A stretch of DNA of 64,000 nt. Source: Lytechinus pictus (taxonomy: Eukaryota). Shown piece by piece: positions 14,650 to 25,831 of the stretch. Below the pieces are notes generated by a model that was not told the DNA's origin, made no database searches, and saw nothing but the letters and a program-made list of their open reading frames with translations. Position numbers and translations under genes: made by a program. The DNA lies in NCBI RefSeq assembly GCF_037042905.1, contig NC_087250.1, forward strand, positions 6,326,001 to 6,390,000, in the 5' to 3' direction. Positions within the stretch are counted from its first letter, which is position 1. Each line of letters opens with the position of its first letter.

Positions 14650-14989
14650 GACCCGATTTGACCTTAGTGACGTAATGGTCGATGATCGGGTCGTAGACAT
14701 TCGGAAGTTTGTATCGCCCCCCGTCTCTGTTGAGAGAAGGTCTGAACGCCCGGATGTAGATGGCCTCTTTCACACCTCTCTCGAAGTACCGCGGTTCCCT
14801 GTCCAGCACTTGTACCTTGTTGATGTCAACACGATGGCCAGGGGATTCGATGTGGATGTGCTGAGATACCTCGGAGGAAGTGGAGCTAGGGCGTCGGTGT
14901 TCAAGGAATCTTGTCCTAAGGGAACGTTCTGTTTCTCCTATATAAGATACCTGACATAGACCCTTAGTCGTCTGTCCTTGACAAGGAAT

Positions 14990-16468
14990 TATGGTCTCCC
15001 TAAAATCCATAAACCGAACATTCCACTTCGACCGATTGTAAGTAGTATTGGATCAATTACTCATAACTGTGCCAAGCATCTTGCCTACATTCTGTCACCT
15101 TTAGTTGGTCAGACTTGTCACCATGTAACTGATTCTCAATCTTTTGCTGAATGTATTAAGAATGCGCGTGTTGAGGAAGACGAGGAACTGAGATCATATG
15201 ACGTGACAGCTCTTTTCACTTCAGTTCCTATTGACAAGGCCCTGAAGATTATCCAATCCAAACTTCAGAGCGTGAACACTTGGAAAGATAGGACTCGCTT
15301 ATCAGTGGACCACATTGTGAAACTGTTGGATGTTTGCCTGCGATGTACTTATTTTGTTCACAATGGCATATATTATCAGCAGATCTATGGAGCAGCGATG
15401 GGATCGCCAATTTCCCCCATTGTTTGTAATCTGTACATGGAACATTTTGAACAATTAGCTCTTGAGTCAGCACCTCATCCTCCAATATGGTGGTTTCGAT
15501 ATGTTGATGATACACACACTAAACTCAAGAAAGAATTCTCGCAGGAATTTACTGATCATCTGAACTTGATTGATCCGGACATTCAATTCACCACTGAAGG
15601 TGAGGAAGGACGGTCGCTGGCATTTCTTGACACTTTGACGGTTATTCAACCAGACGGCAACTTGGACATCAAAGTTTACCGTAAACCTACGCACACCGAC
15701 CAATACCTGAACTTTTCCTCTAATCACCCACTTGAACATAAGCTTGGTGTGATCAAGACTCTTTTCCATCGAGCGGAAGCGGTTATCACAGATCCAGTCA
15801 CCGTTTCTGAGGAAAAAGCACACGTTAAACGGGCTCTCTCCAAGTGCGGCTATCCTAGTTGGGTCTTCAACAAGATCGATAACTCAGCTAAAAGAAAGTC
15901 TCCGCCTAGAAAGGACAACCCCAAGCCACCCAAAAGACAGATTGTACTTCCATACGTTAAAGGATTATCGGAAGCCCTTCGTAGGAATTTCAGTCAATTT
16001 GGCATTAGGGTGTGTTACAAACCAACAAGGACCCTTAGACAGTACTTGGTTGCGCCGAAAGATAAGACAGAGAAGAAGGATATCACCGGTCCTATTTATT
16101 TGATTCCTTGTCAAGGACAGACGACTAAGGGTCTATGTCAGGTATCTTATATAGGAGAAACAGAACGTTCCCTTAGGACAAGATTCCTTGAACACCGACG
16201 CCCTAGCTCCACTTCCTCCGAGGTATCTCAGCACATCCACATCGAATCCCCTGGCCATCGTGTTGACATCAACAAGGTACAAGTGCTGGACAGGGAACCG
16301 CGGTACTTCGAGAGAGGTGTGAAAGAGGCCATCGACATCCGGGCGTTCAGACCTTCTCTCAACAGAGACGGGGGGCGATACAAGCTTCCGAATGTCTACG
16401 ACCCGATCATCGACCATTACGTCACTAAGGTCAAATCGGGTCACATCGCTGACGAAGGTTGCAGTTAG
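14990..16468 (+). CDS. Penelope reverse transcriptase + GIY-YIG endonuclease (5'-partial, uninterrupted)
   Basis: YGLPKIHK, LRPIVS, SYDVTALFTSVP, GAAMGSPISP, RYVDDT, VYRKPTHTDQYL, PIYLIPC..YIGETERSLRTRFLEH, LNRDGG. Confidence 0.9.
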   Translation, partial: YGLPKIHKPNIPLRPIVSSIGSITHNCAKHLAYILSPLVGQTCHHVTDSQSFAECIKNARVEEDEELRSYDVTALFTSVPIDKALKIIQSKLQSVNTWKDRTRLSVDHIVKLLDVCLRCTYFVHNGIYYQQIYGAAMGSPISPIVCNLYMEHFEQLALESAPHPPIWWFRYVDDTHTKLKKEFSQEFTDHLNLIDPDIQFTTEGEEGRSLAFLDTLTVIQPDGNLDIKVYRKPTHTDQYLNFSSNHPLEHKLGVIKTLFHRAEAVITDPVTVSEEKAHVKRALSKCGYPSWVFNKIDNSAKRKSPPRKDNPKPPKRQIVLPYVKGLSEALRRNFSQFGIRVCYKPTRTLRQYLVAPKDKTEKKDITGPIYLIPCQGQTTKGLCQVSYIGETERSLRTRFLEHRRPSSTSSEVSQHIHIESPGHRVDINKVQVLDREPRYFERGVKEAIDIRAFRPSLNRDGGRYKLPNVYDPIIDHYVTKVKSGHIADEGCS

Positions 16469-16487
16469 CAGCCGAAAATTTCGAGGT
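16443..16487 (+). ncRNA. Minimal type I hammerhead ribozyme motif (Penelope-associated)
   Basis: Core CUGACGA, helix II ggttgc/gcagcc, GAAA, palindromic AATT helix III, helix I acatcg/cgaggt. Confidence 0.75.
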
Positions 16488-18669
16488 AACTCTTCGTTAT
16501 TTTCTGTTTTTTGTGTTGTGAACCAAAGTTCAACAAAATCGTTATCTTTTACCAACACAGATGAACTTTCATGAATTTAATTATTATATTTTATCTTATA
16601 AAGTTACTGAAGAAATTATTGCAAAAAAAAAAAAAAAACTCTATAAACACAATGTAAAATGGCAAAATATAAACAAGTATTTTTCCATTGCATAAATTGT
16701 AACCACTGTAGATTAATATGCTGTAAAATCGCTTTTTTGTGACTTTGTTTTATCTTCTGTTTATGTTGTATTGGTGTTTTTTATGTCATACTTTCCGGTC
16801 ATGTTAATTCATGAAAATACCCCTTTTCTTCTTCGATTAATGGATCGTCCTGTCGGCAGCGCTAGGGTACAATTTTCTTGTAAATTAAGATTATGTTGTA
16901 TGTACTTATACAATGTTCTGTTTGATTGAAGTGCAACTATATGTTTTGTATACTTTGATTATTTTTATGACGAATAAAAACTGCAAAGATAAAAAAAAAA
17001 GGTTTAGCAACTGTCGGCGGAGCATTTGTCGGCGGAGCAAATGTCGGCGGATTAACTGTCGGCAGAGCAAATGTAACATTTTGGGGAGCATTTGGCACCG
17101 GAGCAATCGTCGCCGGAGCATGTTTCATGGATTCAATTTATCAATTCATCAATTCATCATATGAACACCTAATAGTTTTACACATGAAGTGCATTTTAAC
17201 CCTTGAAATAAATTACAAAGTTATCTTCATAGTCGATTTGACATTTTTCGAACCTAGAAATGGTCTTTCAGATGAAGTTTTTTTTTCTTGATTCGTGTTC
17301 ACATGGGGTCCTGGAACAAATTCAGCTTGGTTGCCCAAACGGCAACTTTGGGCAACTTTGCTAATTTGCATAAATCCAAAATGGCCGCCATATAACATCT
17401 TAAAAACTTAACTTTTTAATCCATTGCCATAGAATGCTGAGGAATGCCTGTCTTTTTGGTTTTTGGGGTGGGTAGAATCCATTTCTATTATTATTTTTAC
17501 TATATAAGGTCATCTTCAGGCCAGATCCAAGATGGCCGCCAGACGCCATCTTGAAAAACTAAATTTGAACCGCTTTCCCAAGGATGATAATAAATACCTC
17601 TTCATAGGGGTTAGGGGGTGTAAAATCCATTTGTGATAATAATTTTAGTATGTAAAAGCGTCTTCAAGTCTAATTCAAAATGGACACCAGGTGTCATCAT
17701 GGAAACTTGAGCTTTTGAATCACTAATCCCATAGTACTATATAACAGCCCCACAATAAGAGGTTTAGGTGGTGTGTAGAATTCATTTCTGTAAGTTTTTT
17801 TCGCTTTTTCAATAAATGGTATGCTGAATCAGGGAAAATGGCCTATAATGTATAGTACGATGGCTGACAGGCCCAAGCTGGAAATGTAACTTCTGAAACA
17901 ACTTTTCAGCATGCTGATAGGACCTCTTTGGAAGGATTTAAGCACTTCTTTTCACTTGTTGTTTATTGGTGTCTCACAATTTGTCGAACATCTGTCGCAA
18001 AGTTGTATATTTGTACCGCCTTTAAACATAACATTTCTAATTTGACAAATTAATGAAGCGAATTTGATCATTCTTAATCCAACTCGCCCTTAAGGTATTC
18101 AGGGACATCCTCCTCGCAGCCTTCACCATCCTGATGTAAACTTTTCCTCGACATCCTCCATTTCGACACTTTCGTCATTTCCAGCTATGACATTTTTTTT
18201 TTCTTTCTTTCTTTTTTGTGGGGTGCGCGCGCCTGGTGGATGACCTCCCACAGAGCTCTGCTTGTTATCTATTTTATTCTTGTTCCTATATCATTGACTG
18301 ATTCTTAATGACTATATGTGGTTTTGTATGTCTTCAGGAAGCTACTAGATTGTTTTGGTGAGATTCTTACTCTTAGTTCCTTTGGTTTTTAGTCGCCAGG
18401 ATTTTTGGCTTTGCCCATTGCCCTATGTTTAGTGGCCATGTTGCTTGTTTTGTACACACAGTACATAGATAGCTTACTCTTTCATTGTCAGTGATCTGGC
18501 TTCACGCCTGTGCGAATCTTCAAGATGAAGGTCTCCACTTTCATAGCCTTTGTGTCTATCGTATACTCATGTTGCTATTGTATCACTCTCTCATGTTCTG
18601 AATTGAATGTTAATTGTTGTAATGTATTGCCACTGGCACAACACAAGTTTGAACGCAAGTGCAAATATA

Positions 18670-19660
18670 CAGTGCGTATCAAAAAAAAGTGTACACTTTA
18701 AAAAAGCCCTGGGAATTGAAATATATACAACATGTGGGTAATTTGTTCACATATAATCTTGGGTTTAGGTCTCATCTATCCAATGAAAGTAAAAGTTTTG
18801 ACAGAATGTTACACTTGAGTGAGCATTGTCCGTTTTTGTAAAGCTCGCAGAAATCTGTTTGCGCAGAAATGCTCGTTTTCACGCTGTGTCAAGGGGAAAG
18901 GGCGAAATCAAACTTACCCTGCACAACATTTCACATACATTTCCCTTGCACTTTTAGTCAACTGAAATAAAACGGATACATTCAAGCATTTTGTAACAAT
19001 TTTGCCACCCTAATTGAAATTTCGACACTTAGTAAGCACAACCTTCATCTTTTTTTTGTGCCAGCTGGATCTGAGGACATAACTGAATCTGACCAAAAGT
19101 TTATATCAGACATCTCCAGCATGTTTTCACTATGTTTTTCTCATTTAAAGTGTGTTTACATTTCATCTTTCATTTAATACTTGTTTCTCCACACTTTTTC
19201 CAAGCTTGACAATGATTAATAAAATGAAAATTTAGCCTAAGCCATTTCATGTAAATCCCAGCTCAGCGTAAAGCAAATATCGTCACGATGGCCTCGGTGT
19301 GTGGGGGAGTGGGGTGGGGTGCAATGCACTCTTCGAAGTGTTTTGGGCAAGGAAACAGGTTAAAAAAAGGGTCAAAGAAATCTTCAAATCAATTTTACTA
19401 GCAAAATTCCATGTGTTCTTCATGATCATGGTCTACTTTTATTCGCATAACTATCTCAAAGTTCTGCGCAAATCATTTTTCACTAACTTTTCAAAAGTAA
19501 GTGGTTCTCACTCGAGCGGAAATATTTTTCGACAGTTATATCGTCGTTTGCTAAAATAGATCTGTACCAATGTTAAAATGTGGAAAAATCTTCAGGATAT
19601 GACAAATGTACGATTTTACAGGGTTTTTTCTAAGTGTAAACTTTTTTTTGATACGCACTG
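18670..19660. mobile_element. Tc1/mariner-type MITE inserted in the L2 leader ORF
   Basis: TA|CAGTGCGTATCAAAAAAAAG ... CTTTTTTTTGATACGCACTG|TA; a lone end of the same family ends at 60327. Confidence 0.85.
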
Positions 19661-19712
19661 TATAGGTAGACCAGTTCAGCGATATGCCAATGCCCTTTCA
19701 AGTTTTCATATT

Positions 19713-19754
19713 CTTCTACTGATCTCGGGAGACATCAACCCGAATCCCGGACCC
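19713..19754 (+). other. 2A-like (StopGo) peptide LLLISGDINPNPG|P ahead of the L2 APE domain
   Basis: Direct translation in the frame of ORF 19578-20225; a variant of D(V/I)ExNPGP. Confidence 0.8.
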
Positions 19755-22700
19755 TCTTTACAAGTATCAACCCACCTTAATAGTAATGATTCCTGTGATT
19801 CTTCTTTACAATCTCACAATTATAGTAATCATACTCTTCATGCCATGAATGTTCATGTCAATGATAGACGTTTCTTTTTAAAATGGCATGATGAGAACAC
19901 TGGTGTTTTAGATCGCTTGGTGTCTCTCGGAATCAGTAGATCATGTCGAAGGCGGAGGACACATCGTGGGAGTAGGGGTGGAATTGACCGTTTTAAGGAG
20001 CATTTAAAGTTTGGTTCTCTCAATTCTGGCTCCCTACGCAATAAGTCTACAACTTTCCAAGATTTTGTGTTAGATCATAACCTAGATTTTGTCTGTATAT
20101 GTGAGACATGGCTCTCACCCGATGATGATGCAGTTATAGCAGATCTTCGCCCAAGTTCTTATAGATTCGAACATTGTCCTAGAGCCTCCGGGCGCGGTGG
20201 CGGAGTGGCCTTCCTAAAAGGATAATCTACAAGTTACCATTAAACCTACGTATAGGTACGACAGTTTTGAATGTATGTGTGGCACCATCTCCAGCGACTC
20301 CGGTTGCATCGACGTCGCGATAATCTATAGGCCACCGAGTGGTCAGAGCTTTTCCAAATTTTTGGAAGAATTTTCAGACTTTCTTGATGGCAGCATGTAT
20401 AGAACTACACCATTGATTATTACTGGCGATTTAAACATACATCTCGACAATGATTCTTCATATTACACGCAGAGGTTTGACACTCTTCTCAGTAGCCACA
20501 CCATGTCTCAGCTTGTCAGTTCTCCAACCCACGATAAAGGCCACCTACTTGATGTTGTAATAGTGCGGGATTCAGATGACCGATCTCCGTGTTCTAAACC
20601 GAATGTTGTTCCGGGCATCTCAGATCACTCTGCAGTTGTTTGGAGGATTGGTTTCAGCAAGCCCAGTCGGACTCGATCAACATTTATCTCCCGCAACATC
20701 CGAGACATAGATAGAGTAACTTTTGCCCAGAGTGTGGCTGATAGCAGCATTATCCTTTCTTCTACAGGCAACGTCGATACCGCTGTTCTTCGCTACAACA
20801 GTGAGCTTGAGAAGCTTCTCAACATCCACGCTCCACCAAGGACTAGAAAGGCAAAGGGCCATGTGGACTGTCCGTGGTACAGCTCTGACATCACTTTACA
20901 GAAGCGTATTCGACGAAGACTTGAGACGAAGTGGCGGAAAAGTGGACTACTGATTGACAGGGATAATTTCCGAGTTCAGCGCGACCTTGTCAACTCTCTT
21001 GTCAAAAGGTCGAAGCGATCTTACCTCGTAGGTCTTGTTGTGGAGTACAAAGATGACTCTAAACAACTCTTCTCTTTGGCTAACAGACTCCTCAATCGTC
21101 GTCAATCCTCACCTCTACGAAATAATACAGATAGCTACGAACTTGCCTGTAAATTTTCACATTTCTTCAAAACTAAAGTTCAAGGGATTTGCAACAGTCT
21201 AACTCCTGACCTCACACCTCTATAGTCTTCCCCCTCTTCTACATTGGACATCTTACGCCCTACCTCTCCTGATGAGATTCTGTCTTTATTTCGAAAATCT
21301 CCTGCCAAGTCATGTCAATTTGATCCTATACCTGCTAAGTTACTAAAGGATTGTTCATCCACTTTCGCTCCTATTCTTTCTTACCTTGTTAACTTAAGTT
21401 TAGAGCAGTCGCATGTCCCGTCCTCTCTGAAATGCGCTCATGTTACACCACTGTTAAAGAAACCCTCTCTTGATCCCGATTCTCTCCAAAATTACCGACC
21501 GGTTTCTAACTTACCCTTCCTCTTTAAAGTCCTTGAAAGGGTTGCTTTCTCTCTCGTCTTGCTGAATACTTTCACGACAATAATCTGTTTGACCCATTTC
21601 AATCTGCCTACAGACCCAACCACAGTGTGGAAACCCTTCTTGTGAGCACCTCAAATCATATCCTCCAAGAGATGGACAGAGGGTGTGTGACTGCTTTACT
21701 CTTACTCGATCTATCCTCCGCATTCGACACAGTAAACCATACTATTATGCTGAATACTTTAAGTTCGTTCGGTGTTAGAGGTGAAGCATTCAAGTGGTTT
21801 GAATCCTATCTTTCTTCCCATTCACAGATTGTATGTATAAATGGCTGTCAATCAGCTGATTCACCTCTGACCTATGGCGTACCGTAGGGCTCTGTGGGCG
21901 GACTGACCCTTTTCTCAATTTACATGATCGGATTGCGGCAAGTGATGCTCCGTCACGGAATTGAATACCACATTTACGCTGACGACATTTAACTTATTAT
22001 TTCTTTTGATTCAACTCAGCAAGCAGCTGATAATGCTATTCGTCGTCTTCAATCATGTATGATTGATGTTCACGACTGGATGCAAACCCATTCCTTGAAA
22101 CTAAACTTAGATAAGTGTGAATTTCTTTTGTTTGGCTCTAAAGTGCAGCTCAACAAAATTGATGTCAATTCCCTTTCTTTTTCTGGCCACACAATTCATT
22201 TGTCTCATACTTGCCGTAATCTTGGAGTAACTTTTGATTCACATATGACAATGTCTTCCCAAATTTCAAATATCTGCAAATCAGTTCGGTATCATCTTCG
22301 CAATCTCGGATTTATCCGGAAATATTTATCTAAGTCCGCGACCGAAAAGATAGTACATGCCTTGATTTCCTCCCGCCTTGATTTTTGTAATGCCCTTTTG
22401 TTTAATTTACCGCAGGCTCAGTTACATAAGCTTCAGAAGCCTCAGAATGCAGCCGCTCGCATTGTCACTCTGTCAAGTAAACGCTTACATATCACCCCCA
22501 TCTTATATTCGCTGCACTGGCTCCCTATCAAAAGCCGGATTATCTTTAAGATTTTGTTGCTTGCCTTTCATAGTATTCGTGGATCAGCACCACAATACAG
22601 TCTTTCATTTACCAATCACTACAGACCAGGCAGATCTTTGCGCTCATCCACCTCTGGCTTCCTTGTCATTCCGAAAGTCTCAAAAACTTGGGGGGAAAGA

Positions 22701-22865
22701 TCATTTGCTTTTGCATGCCCCACTTTGTGGAATAGCTTTCCTGAAGACATAAAAAAATGTACCTCTGTCGAAACTTTCAAAAATCTTCTAAAAACTTTGC
22801 TATTTAACTCTTAGCTCTTTATGCACCTTGAGCACTCTACAGAGTGGATTTGGCGCTTTACAAGT

Positions 22866-22868
<3 letters not shown>

Positions 22869-22925
<57 letters not shown>
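22869..22925 (+). repeat. (ATT)n tail of the L2 element
   Basis: About 19 ATT units right after the L2 3' UTR. Confidence 0.9.
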
Positions 22926-23494
22926 GTGACTGACGGTGTATGTTTTGCAGCATTCCACTTTACCAGAACTGTTATAGAATGTCGAACAGGACAACTGCTC
23001 TTTGTGGCATCCACATAATTATCTCAGTGCTGCATTTCTTAACCTGTGACGAACACTGACAGCGAATGACACTGATCAGTTCAGGCGGAGTAGGGTCACA
23101 TTGAAAAATGACAGAACGGGGATTTCATCTCACATCTCCCATCCAAAGTGAGCTATATCCGCCGGCTCATCTAGGGGCTGATACAGATTTACAGCTATCA
23201 AATGAGCTCAAAGCACATGCATCAACCCCGGCAGCAACAGGTTATGAGTTGTTGGAAGCAGGGCCATTACTTTAGGATTCTTTCTCTTCTTGATGAAGAT
23301 GGCCCAGCGAGCTGACACCTCATTTCCAAGTACATTAAAAAAACCTGGGCAACCCCCGGCAATTAGTAGTTTGTTATGTGCATTTATCTTGCCTTTGCCG
23401 TATGCATGATTTCGTGTCGCATCCATGAACTGAGGGCATGAACATGCACAAAATTTTGTCCCATGTCAATACAGGTTTCATTGATATCCAGCAC

Positions 23495-23851
23495 CGCATA
23501 CATTCGTAATTCCGAAGGTTCGCTAGTCCGAAAACGAAATGAGGTTCGTAATTCCGAAGGTTCGTTAGTCCGAAAACGAAGTGAGGTTCGTAATTCCGAA
23601 GGATCGTTAATCCGAAAAAGAAATGAGGCTCGTAATTCCGAAGGTTTGTTAGTCCGAAAACTAATGATTAACGAACCTTATTTTGTTTTCGGACTAACAA
23701 ACCTTCGGAACAACGAACCTTGTTTTGTTTTCAGATTAACGAACCTTCGGAACAACGAACCTTATTTCGTTTTCGGATTGACGAACCTTCGGAACATCGA
23801 TCCTTATTTCGTTTTCGGATAATTGAACCTTCGGAATTACGAAGTGTAACC
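23495..23851. mobile_element. Foldback MITE of ~39-bp units (CGTAATTCCGAAGGTTCG)
   Basis: Forward units at 23503-23660, reverse units at 23670-23845; flanks tccagcac/tccagtac (8-bp imperfect TSD). Confidence 0.75.
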
Positions 23852-24072
23852 TCCAGTACTATACCACCTCACCGCTCCATTTGTACCTTGCACTATAGCT
23901 CCGCCTGGTAAACCCAATATACCAAGCAGACAAAAACGTCTGTATCGTCGCTATTAGCTCACGAACCACATTCTGCCCACAGCTTGCTGCAAAATCACGG
24001 TAATATGAACCTCATCATGAGCAAACACACCACCATCTAGCGCCTCCAATGTTGTATGCTGCTACCCTAGAC

Positions 24073-24092
24073 CATGGACCTATAGGTCCATG
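24073..24092. mobile_element. 20-bp palindrome with a 7-bp TSD; probable P-family excision footprint
   Basis: cctagac|CATGGACCTATAGGTCCATG|cctagac. Confidence 0.6.
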
Positions 24093-25328
24093 CCTAGACC
24101 GAAGGTACTCAATTACACGCTTGTCATCCTCCGTTTGTTGTTCTTGCTCTTCGTGATGACATATCTCGTAGGCAGATAACTGGTGATGGAGAACTTATAG
24201 TCTATAGTAACTTCAGCAGCCCTTCGCGTTCTCTTATACGATCCTTGGCAGAGATGCATTTGTACAAGTTGAAAAGAACACTCTTCTTTTTCCAAATGTA
24301 TAGTGACTCAAACGTCCTTGGGAATTAGGTGTGACCAGATCTAAGGGAGGGGCACCATGGGGAAATAATAAAAGAGTCGAGATGGAGAATGTCAAGGGAG
24401 AGGGATTTTTTAGCCTAGTTTAGATCAGGATGGTAAAGGCAACAAGAAAGATGATGTCCCTGAATACCTTGATGACGAGTGAAAATCGAGAAAACTTATC
24501 GAGCTTGCTCGCACTTATTCGAGAAAAATTCAGCACACCACTAAAACATTTCAAAGTGAGCAATTACATATTTACAGTCAGGGATAAGTGGTCATAAGCT
24601 CAAGTTTTCAAGATGACAGCTGGCTGCCATCTTGAATAAGACCTGAACATGCTGAAGATAATCCTATAAAAATTGTAAAAGTTATAACATAAATTGATTC
24701 TACACACCCCAACACCTCTAAAACGAGGTATTACTAATTTCTGGGGCAAAGGATTCAAAAGTTAATTTCTCAAAATGGCGTCCACCTGGCGGCCATCTTG
24801 GATTTAATCTAAAGATTACCTTATATTGAAAAATAGATAACAGAAATGGATTCTACACACCCCAAAACCCCTAAAAAGAGGTATTACTCATCATATTGGG
24901 GCAAGCGGTTCAAATCTAATTTTTCAAGATGGCGTCTGACGGCCATCTTGAATTTGACCTGAAGATGACCTTATATGGCAAAAATTATAATAGAAATAGA
25001 TTCTACATGTATACACACTAAAACCCCTAAAAAGCGGTTTTCCTCATCATTTTCCTGCAAGGGGTTCAAAAGTTAGCTTTTTAAGTTGGTATCTGGCGGC
25101 CATTTTGGATTTATGCAAATTAGCAAAATTGCCAAAAGTTGCCGTTTGGGCAACCAAGCTGAACTTGCTCTAGGACACCATAGGAACACGATTCAAGAAA
25201 AAAAAACTAAATCGGAAAGAATATTTCTAGGTTGGTGTACTGAGTCTATGGGACTGTCAAATCGACTATCAACGTGACGTTTGGTGAAAAACTATATTGG
25301 GTTTTAGCAGTGATCAAAATTAACTTAA

Positions 25329-25723
25329 AGAGAAATTCCAGTAGTTGCAGTAAACACTGATTTCACGAGAAAGTCTGTAAAACAATGCTTAATTGTCAGT
25401 ATATCATCGAGGGTCTAGATCTGGTAAAGTTACATAAACTGAACTTCGTGAAATCTTGAAATCTACGCTGGAAAATGTTCAGACTGAAGATCCCCAACAC
25501 AGATAAGCGCACGTGGGACAGTGTATAATTATTGCTTTGAATGTCGTGCCCGACGCTCTCCCCGAATCCTGTGGTTATTTGCTGATTTCTCAGCAATTAC
25601 ACAATTTCTTCCAGAATCCTTTGGCACATACGTTTTATTTATACAAACAGACACTTTGGTGGTCATTTCATTGGATTCTGTACGAACTCATTTTGATATC
25701 GTTACCAAAACTAGCATTTACCT
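25329..25723. mobile_element. Non-autonomous element with TTAA TSD and AG...CT termini (Kolobok-like)
   Basis: ttaa|agagaaattccagt ... actagcatttacct|ttaa. Confidence 0.55.
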
Positions 25724-25831
25724 TTAATAAACCGATTATTCAATTTATTCAATTTCAGAATTAAATAAATGATTGATATACATAGATTATAATAAGAAAA
25801 AAACACACTGGTGTCATCAGCACACAATATA

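Larger units (their letters stand above)
14549..16574 (+). mobile_element. Penelope-like retroelement, 5'-truncated, with an inverted duplicate of its 3' end
   Basis: 14547-14989 is the reverse complement of 16103-16544; flanked by the duplication atttaattatta (14537-14548 and 16575-16586) inside the L1. Confidence 0.9.
4909..17000 (+). mobile_element. 5'-truncated, decayed L1/Tx1 LINE ORF2 (pieces 4909-6186, 13756-14548, 16575-17000)
   Basis: NYRPITLLNVDIKI, GIRQGDPLSPYLF, MYADD and C-terminal CSFC..ETLDHLF; AATAAA at 16973 and an A-tail; imperfect TSD aaatgttgagcaac/aaaggtttagcaac. Confidence 0.9.
4310..17134. mobile_element. Foldback MITE built from 15-bp units (ACATTTGCTCCGCCG), split by the L1 insertion (ends approximate)
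   Basis: Forward units at 4320-4560; reverse units (cggcggagcaaatgt) at 4690-4900, resuming at 17005-17122 after the L1 poly(A). Confidence 0.75.
18192..22925 (+). mobile_element. L2/CR1-group LINE, near full length, ORF decayed
   Basis: APE (LNSGSL, CICETWL, GGGVA, IYRPP, GDLNIH, SDH) and RT (NYRPVSNL, LDLSSAFDTV, YADD ~21975, LHWLP); 3' end ccttgagcac..ggcgctttacaag plus (ATT)n; tgac on both flanks; several stops and frameshifts. Confidence 0.9.
22927..24300 (-). pseudogene. Decayed Academ protein C-terminus (XPG/PIN-like nuclease + Cys-rich domain)
   Basis: Minus-strand pieces: FAHDE, SDDTDVFVCLVYW, VLDINETC, HALS-GCDT, YGKGK, PKVMALLPT, HFGWE, PPELISVIRCQC, KKCSTE, CGCHKEQLSC; many stops and frameshifts. 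Confidence 0.8.
17230..25268 (-). mobile_element. Internally deleted Academ (AcademX-type) DNA transposon
   Basis: Termini TAGTCGATTTGACA...TGTCAAATCGACTA with a perfect 3-bp TSD TCA; long imperfect TIRs with AAATGGCCGCC repeats; contains an XPG-type protein remnant. Confidence 0.85.

Noticed and set aside
14624..15010. Separate minus-strand GIY-YIG gene
   Set aside because: It is the inverted duplicate of the Penelope 3' end
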